From assembly GCA_051532035.1 (NCBI GenBank), contig JAOPTW010000021.1:24811-88810 (forward strand): a stretch of 64,000 nucleotides of DNA, given 5' to 3'. Source of the stretch: Fibrobacterales bacterium (GTDB lineage Bacteria; Fibrobacterota; Fibrobacteria; Fibrobacterales; JAOPTW01). This document shows, one piece after another, positions 50,919-60,132 of the stretch. The position numbers and the translations under genes are program-made. The notes below the pieces were generated by a model. The model did not search any database. It was given only the letters and a program-made list of their open reading frames with translations, and had not been told where the DNA came from. Numbering within the stretch: position 1 is the first letter of the stretch; every line of letters starts with the position of its first letter.

Positions 50919-51463
50919 AACAAATCCTTTACATCATTCAATTTTGGTTGATTTTCATCTTTTCCGGATAATTGTACCTTATCAACATCAACTTTCCAGT
51001 CAATACCTATTTCTGGATCATTCCAAAGAACACCACGATCATATTCTGGGGCATAATAATTATCAACTTTATAACTAAAAATTGCTGTTTCTGTTAATAC
51101 AGCAAATCCATGAGCAAATCCTTTTGGTACCCAAAGCTGACGCTTATTTTTAGCAGACAACTCAACTGCTACATGCTTCCCAAAGGTAGGAGAGTCTTTT
51201 CGAATATCTACTGCTACATCTAAAACAGTACCTTCTATAACTCTCACTAGTTTTTGTTGATTAAAGGTCGGAAGTTGATAATGGAGTCCTCTCACTATAC
51301 CATAAGATGATTTTGACTCATTATCCTGGACAAAATCAACGTTGCCAATGTTCTCATCAAACTCTTTTTGGTTAAAACTCTCAAAAAAGTATCCACGTTC
51401 ATCTTCAAATACTTTAGGCTCTATAATTACTACTTCTGGGATTTCTGTTTTTATAAATTTCAT
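50915..51463 (-). CDS. rfbC: dTDP-4-dehydrorhamnose 3,5-epimerase
   Basis: DERGYFFES, FVQDNES, RGLHYQ, DVAVDIRKDSPTFG, GFAHGF. Confidence 0.96.
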   Translation of the reverse strand: MKFIKTEIPEVVIIEPKVFEDERGYFFESFNQKEFDENIGNVDFVQDNESKSSYGIVRGLHYQLPTFNQQKLVRVIEGTVLDVAVDIRKDSPTFGKHVAVELSAKNKRQLWVPKGFAHGFAVLTETAIFSYKVDNYYAPEYDRGVLWNDPEIGIDWKVDVDKVQLSGKDENQPKLNDVKDLL

Positions 51464-51858
51464 TAAAAATATTTCTTTATATCTTCTTTAAGTTGAGTTG
51501 TTGATATTTCTGGTGTACGGTCCAAATATACAACTTCACAGAGATCTTTGCAAAAGTCAAATTTGCCTTCCCAGTCATCACCCATAACCAAAATATCTGC
51601 ATTGAATTTTTGTATATAGTCTCGTTTTAATTCGAGACTTTCTTCGAAAAAGACTTCATCCACATACCGCAGTGACTTCACAATTTCAGCACGATCATTT
51701 TCACTATAAACGGGTTTTTTATCCTTTTTAGATAGATTCAGAGCATCTGTCGAAACTCCCGCTATAAGATAATCACCAAGTTCACGAGCACGTTTAAATA
51801 TATTTATATGCCCAATGTGGAGTAAATCGTAAGTTCCAAAAGTAATGATTCGCTTCAT
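51463..51858 (-). CDS. Glycerol-3-phosphate cytidylyltransferase-like protein (TagD family)
   Basis: TFGTYDLLHIGH, MGDDWEGKFD, RTPEISTT. Confidence 0.85.
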   Translation of the reverse strand: MKRIITFGTYDLLHIGHINIFKRARELGDYLIAGVSTDALNLSKKDKKPVYSENDRAEIVKSLRYVDEVFFEESLELKRDYIQKFNADILVMGDDWEGKFDFCKDLCEVVYLDRTPEISTTQLKEDIKKYF

Positions 51859-52000
51859 TCTAAGCTCCTTATTTCACAAAACTAAATTGATCAAGTAAAA
51901 TTGAATAGTTTATTAAAACTTAACTCTTTACCAATTATGACTTATAAAATAAACATCAAAGATCAATACACCTTGATTATCTACCGTATCCATTATAATG

Positions 52001-52885
52001 TTATAAAACATCATTTTTAGCTAAATGAATCAAATATTGTCCATACTGATTCTTTTTTAGTGGCTCAGCAAGTTTAAGTAATTTATTTTGATCAATATAA
52101 CCCATTCTAAAAGCAATTTCTTCTAGACATGCAACCTTTAATCCCTGGCGTTTTTCAATAGTTTCAATAAAACTCGAAGCCTCCATTAAAGAGTCGTGAG
52201 TACCAGTGTCTAACCACGCAAAACCACGCCCAAGAGCTTCTAATTTCAGCTGTTTTCGCTCTAAAAACACTTGATTCACTGTTGTAATTTCAAGTTCACC
52301 ACGAGGTGATGGTTTTATATTTTTTGCCACTTCAACGACATCATTCGTATAAAAATAGAGTCCCACTACAGCATTATTTGATTTTGGCTTTTCTGGTTTT
52401 TCTTCAATAGAGAGAACAGTTCCCTCCGCATCTATCTCTGCAACGCCATAACGCTCTGGATCATGTACATAGTACCCAAAAATGGTAGCTTCACGGTTTT
52501 TAACCGCTCTTTGGACAGATTTTTGAAGTTTTTCGGTAAACCCCTGTCCATAAAAGAGATTATCTCCAAGTACCAGAGCAACATCATCACTACCAATAAA
52601 CTCTTCACCAATAATAAATGCCTGAGCAAGACCATCGGGTGATGGTTGTATCGCATACTCAAGTCGCATTCCAATATCAGACCCATCACCAAGAAGCTCT
52701 TCAAATCGCCCTATATCTTGAGGAGTAGAGATTATAAGAACCTCTTTAATACCAGCAAGCATAAGTACAGATAGTGGGTAATAGATCATTGGTTTATCAT
52801 AAATAGGGAGCAGTTGTTTACTGATTCCTTTTGTAATAGGGTAGAGACGCGTTCCCGATCCCCCTGCAAGAATAATACCTTTCAT
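52001..52885 (-). CDS. rfbA: Glucose-1-phosphate thymidylyltransferase
   Basis: [44 protein letters not shown]. Confidence 0.97.
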   Translation of the reverse strand: MKGIILAGGSGTRLYPITKGISKQLLPIYDKPMIYYPLSVLMLAGIKEVLIISTPQDIGRFEELLGDGSDIGMRLEYAIQPSPDGLAQAFIIGEEFIGSDDVALVLGDNLFYGQGFTEKLQKSVQRAVKNREATIFGYYVHDPERYGVAEIDAEGTVLSIEEKPEKPKSNNAVVGLYFYTNDVVEVAKNIKPSPRGELEITTVNQVFLERKQLKLEALGRGFAWLDTGTHDSLMEASSFIETIEKRQGLKVACLEEIAFRMGYIDQNKLLKLAEPLKKNQYGQYLIHLAKNDVL

Positions 52886-53054
52886 ATATCAGTTCCTAAT
52901 TACACTCTAAACTCAGTTGAGACGTAATACTTAAAATTTCTGAGAATCCAGATCTAATTCTGTATTCTTTAGTGCAAAATCTACCAAATTTTGGTTTATA
53001 ATTTGTTAAAATGCTACTTTTCATCACAATATGTAGAAGAATTTTGGATATCTC

Positions 53055-54422
53055 ATGATTAATATTATTATCTGCGGTGGTGCAGGTACTCGCCTTTGGC
53101 CAATTAGCAGAACACTCCTTCCTAAACAATTTGTACGCCTTTTTTCTGGACGTTCCCTCTTTATGGAGACGGTTGCTCGTAACCAAGAGGTATGTAATAG
53201 CGAATTTATCGTTTCTAACCAGGCTCAACAATTTTTAGCTGAAGATCAGTTACGTGAACTTAAAGTAACTAATAACAAATACCTTCTCGAGCCAGTGGGT
53301 CGAAATACCGCTCCTGCAATTGCACTTCCGTGCCTTACTCTTGATCCTGATGATATCGTACTCGTAACGCCATCTGATCAACTGATTACTAAGCAAGATG
53401 ACTACTTAAAGGCTGTCCAGGATGCAAAAAAGCTTGCTGAAGAGGGTCATTTAGTCACTTTTGGTATTAAACCAACATTTCCTGAAACTGGCTTTGGCTA
53501 TATCGAAGCTAATGGTAATGATGTAGTTAAATTTCGTGAAAAACCATCTAAAAAGAAAGCTGAAGAGTATATATCTAAAGGGAATTTTTACTGGAATAGT
53601 GGTATGTTTTGCTTTAAAGCAGGGGTCTTTTTAGAAGAACTAAAAAAGTATAATCCCGAGATACTTGATGCATGTAAAAAGGCACTTAAAGAGACTACTG
53701 GTGAGAAAATTCTTATTGATACAGACGATATGCTCAATATTCCTAAGGATTCTATCGATTACGCGGTAATGGAAAAGTCAAGTATTGTAAAAGTTGTTCC
53801 TGCAGATATTGGTTGGTCGGACCTCGGAAGTTTTGATGCACTCTATGATGAGCTTCCAAAAGATGATTCGGGAAATACAGTAGCAGAAAATCTTATTAAC
53901 GTGGATTCAAAGAATAACTTGGTTCTTACCAATGGCCGTAAAGTTGCCCTTGTTGGTGTTGAAGATATGATTATCGTTGATACACCTGATGCACTACTCA
54001 TTACTCCTAAAGGTTCTTCTCAAAAAGTTAAAGATGTTGTGAACCAACTCGAGAAAGAAGGTTCTGATCTTCATCATAACAATATTACTACCTATCGCCC
54101 TTGGGGTTCATATACCATACTTCAGGATTATAAAGGGTATAAAGTGAAGCGTATTGTGGTAAAATCAGGAAAAAGAATTTCTCTTCAAAAACATATGCAT
54201 CGCTCTGAACACTGGGTTGTAGTGAGTGGTACTGCTACTGTTACTGTTGATAAAAAAGAGATGATTGTGCGCCCTAATGAGTCGACTTATATTCCAATTG
54301 GCACTGAGCATAGACTTGAAAATCAAGGTATTGTTGATCTTGTGATTATTGAGGCTCAGGTTGGTGAATATACGGGCGAGGATGATATCATCCGTATCGA
54401 AGACGATTACAATAGAGTTTAA
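53055..54422 (+). CDS. manC: Mannose-1-phosphate guanylyltransferase/mannose-6-phosphate isomerase
   Basis: GGAGTRLWP, EPVGRNTAPAI, WNSGMF, SIDYAVME, WSDLGS, RPWG, HRSEHW. Confidence 0.95.
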   Translation: MINIIICGGAGTRLWPISRTLLPKQFVRLFSGRSLFMETVARNQEVCNSEFIVSNQAQQFLAEDQLRELKVTNNKYLLEPVGRNTAPAIALPCLTLDPDDIVLVTPSDQLITKQDDYLKAVQDAKKLAEEGHLVTFGIKPTFPETGFGYIEANGNDVVKFREKPSKKKAEEYISKGNFYWNSGMFCFKAGVFLEELKKYNPEILDACKKALKETTGEKILIDTDDMLNIPKDSIDYAVMEKSSIVKVVPADIGWSDLGSFDALYDELPKDDSGNTVAENLINVDSKNNLVLTNGRKVALVGVEDMIIVDTPDALLITPKGSSQKVKDVVNQLEKEGSDLHHNNITTYRPWGSYTILQDYKGYKVKRIVVKSGKRISLQKHMHRSEHWVVVSGTATVTVDKKEMIVRPNESTYIPIGTEHRLENQGIVDLVIIEAQVGEYTGEDDIIRIEDDYNRV

Positions 54423-54516
54423 TCAAGCTATAGCACTACTACTGCGTTATTCTCATATCGGCGTACATTTGTACGCCCTCAATCGAATGCCTTGTATTAG
54501 TACCATATCTTGATTA
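54420..54516. repeat. ~97-bp palindromic element (ERIC/Correia-like MITE candidate)
   Basis: 23-bp terminal inverted repeats with 4 mismatches, TA ends and an inner hairpin GGCGTAC-attt-GTACGCC. Confidence 0.5.
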
Positions 54517-54624
54517 AATCTTAAGTTTTAGTCTTTGAAAAGAAAATTTTGTACTAGAACTACATCTCAGCGAAATCTGTTCATTTTTTAGAACATATAT
54601 TGTTAGCTCATTATCTAGTAAATT

Positions 54625-54657
54625 AGGCTCTTCTTGATTGAAGGGCTTTTTTATTTT
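54625..54657 (+). terminator. Putative intrinsic terminator downstream of manC
   Basis: AGGCTCTTC-ttgatt-GAAGGGCTT followed by TTTTATTTT. Confidence 0.55.
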
Positions 54658-54699
54658 CCTAACTCGGAAATACAATTATTAAAACTATTTTTGATTTTC

Positions 54700-55350
54700 A
54701 TTGTCTTTTGTTGAAAGGTAGGGTATGCTGTTATATACGAGAGGGAAATTAATAACTTAGTATTTAGAATACACTAAGTTATCACCATTATATCAACAAC
54801 ATGTTGAAAACTATTTATATCAACATGAGTTATTGAAAGAATTGTCAGTCTATTAACATGAATTGTTAGAAATAGATTAGTCAACTTTTCAATGTTGAAA
54901 AGTACCCTAGTGATTCAATGCTTATCAAGAGTGCTCCATTTTGATAAGACTCTTAAAATACTGTGAGTTATAAGAGTTTTCAACACTATCAACGTCTCTA
55001 TTACTAATACTCTATTTATTAATCTATATAAAATATAAAAGAAACATTGAGCATCTAATTAATCGGTATTTATATGAGAAGGGTATCGAAAAAGACTTAA
55101 AATGAGAGATAAAGGGGGAGTTGAGTCTTGATAATTGATGTCTTGATGATATGAGTATCGTGAGAATGACAAAAAGGGGTTGTTGATAGCTTAAAATGGA
55201 AAACACTCTTTTTGAACTCTGTTGATAGAATGGTGAAAACTTTGTTCTTGTTTATATGCTGAAGAGTACATTGCTGTTTACTGTGAATAAAAAAACACTC
55301 CCAGATATCTAAGAGTGTTATAAAAAGTATTCTGTATGTTGATAGGTGTA
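54700..55350. other. Candidate chromosomal replication origin (oriC)
   Basis: Non-coding; about 11 DnaA-box-like 9-mers; tandem boxes TTTTCAACA-CTATCAACG followed by CTATTACTAATACT trio-like repeats and an AT-rich tract; strand bias and gene orientation switch here. Confidence 0.7.
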
Positions 55351-55371
55351 TTTTTGAGCTGAAAAGACCTG

Positions 55372-56538
55372 TTAATCAGACCCAAAGAGGTCTCTTGTAT
55401 ATACTTTGGCTGCGACATCTTCTAATTGATCTTCCATTCTATTAGATACAATGACATCACACTCACTTTTGAAGGTATCAAGGTCACGTATTACTTTTGA
55501 ATTGAAGAATTCTTCATCTTTCATCACTGGTTCATAGATAACCACTTCAATACCTTTGGCTTTGATACGTTTCATGATCCCTTGAATAGATGATGCGCGG
55601 AAATTATCTGAACCAGACTTCATGATAAGACGATAGATTCCCACTTTTTTAGGGTTTCTATTGATGATAGAGTCGGCAATAAAGTCTTTTCGCATACTAT
55701 TCGCATCAACAATAGCCCCAATTATTGAATTAGGGACATTTTTGTAGTTAGCTCTGAGTTGTTTAGTGTCTTTAGGGAGGCAGTAACCACCATAACCAAA
55801 AGATGGATTATTGTAGTGCGATCCGATTCTAGGATCAAGGCCAACACCTTCAATTATTTGACGACTATTGAGTCCATGAGTTTCGGCATACGAATCAAGT
55901 TCGTTAAAATAGGCTACTCTCATTGCGAGGTAGGTATTGGAGAAGAGTTTTACTCCTTCAGCTTCTGTAGAATTAGTATGAAGGACTGTAATATCTTCTT
56001 TTATTGCGCCTTCAACGAGCAAGTTGGCAAATATAGTGGCGCGTTCACTCTTTTCGCCAATGATTATGCGAGAAGGGTAGAGGTTATCATGAAGCGCTTT
56101 GCCTTCACGGAGAAATTCAGGTGAAAAGATAATATTTTCACACTTGAGATCTTCTTTAATTTGTTGAGTATATCCAACAGGAACTGTTGACTTGATAATC
56201 ATGGTGGCCGTTGGATTAATAGCGATTACATCTTTTATTACTGCTTCGACTGAGGAGGTGTTAAAATAGTTGGTTTCAACATCATAATCTGTAGGCGTTG
56301 CGATGATAACATATTCTGCATTGGTATACGCGAATTTTTTATCTGTTGTAGCGGTAAAATTGAGCTCTTTGTTTGCTAAAAAGTCCTCGATTTCAACATC
56401 GACAATGGGAGATGTTTTTTGGTTGAGAAGCGTTACTTTCTCCTCAATAATATCGATAGCGACAACTTCATTATTTTGTGCTAAAAGCATTGCATTTGAT
56501 AATCCAACATAGCCCGTACCGGCAACAGCAATTTTCAT
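55372..56538 (-). CDS. ugd: UDP-glucose 6-dehydrogenase
   Basis: [50 protein letters not shown]. Confidence 0.96.
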   Translation of the reverse strand: MKIAVAGTGYVGLSNAMLLAQNNEVVAIDIIEEKVTLLNQKTSPIVDVEIEDFLANKELNFTATTDKKFAYTNAEYVIIATPTDYDVETNYFNTSSVEAVIKDVIAINPTATMIIKSTVPVGYTQQIKEDLKCENIIFSPEFLREGKALHDNLYPSRIIIGEKSERATIFANLLVEGAIKEDITVLHTNSTEAEGVKLFSNTYLAMRVAYFNELDSYAETHGLNSRQIIEGVGLDPRIGSHYNNPSFGYGGYCLPKDTKQLRANYKNVPNSIIGAIVDANSMRKDFIADSIINRNPKKVGIYRLIMKSGSDNFRASSIQGIMKRIKAKGIEVVIYEPVMKDEEFFNSKVIRDLDTFKSECDVIVSNRMEDQLEDVAAKVYTRDLFGSD

Positions 56539-56723
56539 TTAAAACCTCTAGAATATTCGTCAATAAGTGACTGATAGTGGGTATTAATGTAGAAAAAAGC
56601 GGTAAAAAGGTGCATATATGAGTGGTATTTGACCAATGTGGTTTGAACTAATGACAATTCACTCTCTCTCTAAATTGCAAATACTATTATTTATGAAAGT
56701 CAGTTGATTCCCCCTCATTTTAT

Positions 56724-58217
56724 TTGGAGTATGTTTTGGCAATATTTAGAAAGTACTGTATATTTTTGGCAGTGATTCCTCTCGTGATTCTAGCAGCCGA
56801 AAAGAGTGAGTGGCGCCATAGTGTTGAGCTTTCAATAAACCCTGGAATCTATCAATCAATCGAAAATAGTGCATTTGGTATAGATACTTTAGAAAACTTT
56901 GGTGGAAACTGGAGTGCGCTCTCTGTGGATGCTGAGTTTGCAACAAGTTGGGAAAATATACCAGCGGTGATACAGGTAGTGGCTGATGAACGATATGGCG
57001 ATTGGCTCCGCTTTTATTTTAACTATGGAATATCGCGGGATATGGAGGCGTTTTATCAAAAGAAGAGCGTTAATTTGCCCCAAGGGTCTAATGAATTTGA
57101 GATAAATTACCCGTATGAATCATGGGCGGAAATTAAACAGTCATTGGTTTCAGCTAAAATAGGACGTCAAAAAATAGTACTTGGTCCATCTCCTGAAAGA
57201 GGAGTTTCATTTTCAGGAGCGCCTTATTATGATGCTTTTCAATCACATCTTACTATAGATAATTTCAGCTGGACCTTTGTGTTTACATCAATAAACCCTT
57301 ATTTGGGAGGAATGCCTCATAGTTCAGGCGAATTTCCAGTTGGTTCTGAAGAGTATTTGCAGAGGCAAAATAGTGTTACTCCTAATCAACATAGAGTATT
57401 TTCTGAACCCTATAAGAGTATTGCAGTTCATAGATATCAGTTTACCGCGGGACGCTTTACTGTTGCAGCTATGGAGCAGATAATAATTGGAGGGAAAGCA
57501 CCTGACTTAAGAGATGTTAATCCGTTTATTATGTGGCATCATAGTTATGGCGATGGATTTAGTAATACGGTTACCTCGCTCGACATCGCATTTGAGTCAG
57601 ATAAGGTAGGAAAGCTTTATTTGGAAGGGGCACTTGATGATGTACAATATGGTGCGACAGAACATGATGGAAATCCAACGATATTTGCATGGCTTCTCGG
57701 ATGGAATAAGACGTTTACTTTTGATAACAACGAAATTGAAGTGCTTTTTGAGGGGATTTATACCGATCCACTTTTTGGCAATAGTAGACTTCCTTTGCTC
57801 AAGCATACTAATCGAACGGTCTATAAGAGTAATTATCGAGATAGAGAGGAGCCAAGTTTTGTGGATACTTATGTGGTTGATTATCCGGTGGGCTATTATA
57901 GAGGCCCTGATAAACTCGACTTTTGGCTCGATATTGAGTATCGTAGAAAAAAGAGAGAAATCAGTCTACAGTTTGCCTATTTGAATTCAGGAGATCATAC
58001 GCTCTATAGTGACTATTATGGTTCAAATGGCCCAAAATGGGCGTTAAGTGGTAATACAATTCGGGAAATTCGATCACAGTTCTACATTAAAGCTCCGCTC
58101 CCTGGGGATTTATATGGAAAATTAGCTATGTTATACCGGTACTTTCCATGGGGAGACCAGAAGAATGATGTAGAGATTGAACTCTCATTTTCACGATGGA
58201 TAACCCTACTTAATTAA
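56724..58217 (+). CDS. Second Wzi-like outer membrane beta-barrel protein
   Basis: Signal-like N-terminus; KIGRQKIVLGP, AVHRYQF, LYLEGALDD and PVGYYRGPD are spaced like the motifs of 10356..11819; start uncertain. Confidence 0.55.
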   Translation: MEYVLAIFRKYCIFLAVIPLVILAAEKSEWRHSVELSINPGIYQSIENSAFGIDTLENFGGNWSALSVDAEFATSWENIPAVIQVVADERYGDWLRFYFNYGISRDMEAFYQKKSVNLPQGSNEFEINYPYESWAEIKQSLVSAKIGRQKIVLGPSPERGVSFSGAPYYDAFQSHLTIDNFSWTFVFTSINPYLGGMPHSSGEFPVGSEEYLQRQNSVTPNQHRVFSEPYKSIAVHRYQFTAGRFTVAAMEQIIIGGKAPDLRDVNPFIMWHHSYGDGFSNTVTSLDIAFESDKVGKLYLEGALDDVQYGATEHDGNPTIFAWLLGWNKTFTFDNNEIEVLFEGIYTDPLFGNSRLPLLKHTNRTVYKSNYRDREEPSFVDTYVVDYPVGYYRGPDKLDFWLDIEYRRKKREISLQFAYLNSGDHTLYSDYYGSNGPKWALSGNTIREIRSQFYIKAPLPGDLYGKLAMLYRYFPWGDQKNDVEIELSFSRWITLLN

Positions 58218-58272
58218 CTTATAGTTTCATTAATAGAGTGATATTTAATGAACTGATACCATAGGATTAGAG

Positions 58273-59073
58273 ATGGCTGGACAACCTGTAGCAGAAAAAC
58301 AACCTATTGCAACTCTCGCAAAAGTAAAAAATAGAATCGGCATAGCCTCGGGTAAAGGTGGCGTCGGAAAATCATCAGTTACTGCAAATTTAGCTATGGC
58401 ACTGTCACTTTCTGGAGCGAAAGTGGGAATTATGGATGCTGATATTTACGGTCCATCTCAAGTACTTATGTTTAATTTGGGCGATGCGAAACCTGAAGTG
58501 ATTGATGGAAAACTTCAACCAGTTGAGACTTTTGGTGGAATCAAAGTTATCTCTATGGGAATGCTTGTTGATCCTGAAAAAGCAGTAATCTGGCGTGGTC
58601 CTAAAGTCCATCAAATGATTGAACAGTTTATGAAACAAGTTGAGTGGGGAGAGCTTGATTATCTTCTTATTGACCTTCCTCCGGGAACAGGTGATGTGCA
58701 ACTGACTCTCACTCAAAGTGGCGAACTTACCGGTGCGCTTGTTGTAACCACTCCACAAGAAGTGAGTGTTATTGATGCACGTAAAGGGATAGCAATGTTT
58801 AATACCGTGAGTGTTCCGGTATTTGGCCTCATTGAAAACATGTCTTATTTTGTATGTGATAACTGTGATAAAAAGCATTATATCTTCCCATCTGGTGGTG
58901 GAAAATCACTATCTGATCAGTTTAGTGTCCCTGTTTTATCTGAGTTACCTATGGACCCAAGTATAGCACAAGGGGCTGATAATGGTAAACCTATTGTCTA
59001 TGCAGAACCCAATTCTCCTACAGCCGCCGCGTTTATTGAATTGGCAGGAAAAGTGGTGAACATTACGGGATAA
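58273..59073 (+). CDS. mrp: Mrp/NBP35 family ATP-binding Fe-S carrier (ApbC)
   Basis: SGKGGVGKS, DADIYGPS, WRGP, IDLPPGTGD, ENMSYFVCDNC. Confidence 0.93.
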   Translation: MAGQPVAEKQPIATLAKVKNRIGIASGKGGVGKSSVTANLAMALSLSGAKVGIMDADIYGPSQVLMFNLGDAKPEVIDGKLQPVETFGGIKVISMGMLVDPEKAVIWRGPKVHQMIEQFMKQVEWGELDYLLIDLPPGTGDVQLTLTQSGELTGALVVTTPQEVSVIDARKGIAMFNTVSVPVFGLIENMSYFVCDNCDKKHYIFPSGGGKSLSDQFSVPVLSELPMDPSIAQGADNGKPIVYAEPNSPTAAAFIELAGKVVNITG

Positions 59074-59097
59074 ATAAGAAGAGTATTAGAGAGTGTG

Positions 59098-59133
59098 AAG
59101 AGTCAGAAGTTGTATACGCTTCTGACTCTTTTT
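59098..59133 (+). terminator. Rho-independent terminator
   Basis: AAGAGTCAGAAG ... CTTCTGACTCTT followed by TTT. Confidence 0.8.
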
Positions 59134-59200
59134 GTATACAGTAGTTGGGTCAAATATCTGGCTGTAGATCCCGTTTTATACGGTTTTTTCAAATAAATAT

Positions 59201-59209
59201 TGTTATAAT
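59201..59209 (+). promoter_or_regulatory. Possible extended -10 promoter element for the sigma-factor operon
   Basis: TG-T-TATAAT about 90 nt upstream of the ATG; a TTGACA at 59226..59231 suggests an alternative promoter. The AT-rich background lowers specificity. Confidence 0.3.
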
Positions 59210-59298
59210 GATAATGAGAATTTGTTTGACAGTAAATAAAATAATTCCAATATTTAAATTTTGGAACTTTGACCTAACTATAAGAAAATCAAAGAATT

Positions 59299-60123
59299 AT
59301 GAGCGAAACTAGCGAAACTCTATACTTCCGTGACCTTGGTCGGTATGATACCCTAACCGTGGTAGAAGAAAAAGCACTCCTCCATTTAGTGAAAAAGGGT
59401 GATAACATTGCCCTTAAGAGACTTATTTTGGGTAATTTACGATTTGTTATCAGTGTTGCCCGTAAGTATCAAGGGCGAGGATTATCACTTCTTGAACTGA
59501 TTAATGAAGGAAATTTAGGTCTTTATAAGGCCGCTAAACGATTTGACGACTCTAAGGGCGTTAAGTTTATTTCGTACGCTGTTTGGTGGATACGTCAGTC
59601 GATCCAAAAGGCTCTTTTTGAGTATGTGGGGGCGGTAAGAATTCCTCCCAATAAACTCGCAATGGTCAATCGATTTAAAAAACGTCTTATGGAAAATAAT
59701 GGTGACTATAATGTTACTATTTCTGAAGCTGAATTTGCAGGACGTGAAAAAGAGATTGCAGAGGTAATGGAAAAAATCATCGAAGTTTCACTTGATACTC
59801 CTATCAGTGATGGCGATGTAGATTCGGTAAGTACCCTTCTTGATGTACTTGGTGATGACCCTAAGCAAGAAGATAAAAATGAGAAACGAGAGTTAAAAGA
59901 CGTCATATCTGAAATTCTCTATGAATTACCAGAGCGTGAAGGTAAAGTACTCAAAATGTTTTTTGGTCTCGAGAACTCTCGTGAATATACACTTGATGAG
60001 ATCGGGAAAGAAATGAAACTCACCCGTGAGCGAGTACGACAGATAAAGAATAAAACACTTCGGAAGCTTTTGAAATCTAAGGATTATAAAGATATTCTGG
60101 GTGATTTCAAAGATCTTGAATAA
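59299..60123 (+). CDS. RNA polymerase sigma-70 family factor (RpoD/SigA-like, short form)
   Basis: NLRFVISVARKYQGRGLSLLELINEGNLGL, KFISYAVWWIRQSI, TLDEIG...TRERVRQI. Confidence 0.93.
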   Translation: MSETSETLYFRDLGRYDTLTVVEEKALLHLVKKGDNIALKRLILGNLRFVISVARKYQGRGLSLLELINEGNLGLYKAAKRFDDSKGVKFISYAVWWIRQSIQKALFEYVGAVRIPPNKLAMVNRFKKRLMENNGDYNVTISEAEFAGREKEIAEVMEKIIEVSLDTPISDGDVDSVSTLLDVLGDDPKQEDKNEKRELKDVISEILYELPEREGKVLKMFFGLENSREYTLDEIGKEMKLTRERVRQIKNKTLRKLLKSKDYKDILGDFKDLE

Positions 60124-60132
60124 TAAGAGCAG

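Noticed and set aside
54423..55371. CRISPR array or RNA gene in the long intergenic region
   Set aside because: Repeats are 8-9-mers at irregular spacing in both orientations; no tRNA or rRNA features. An origin explains it better.
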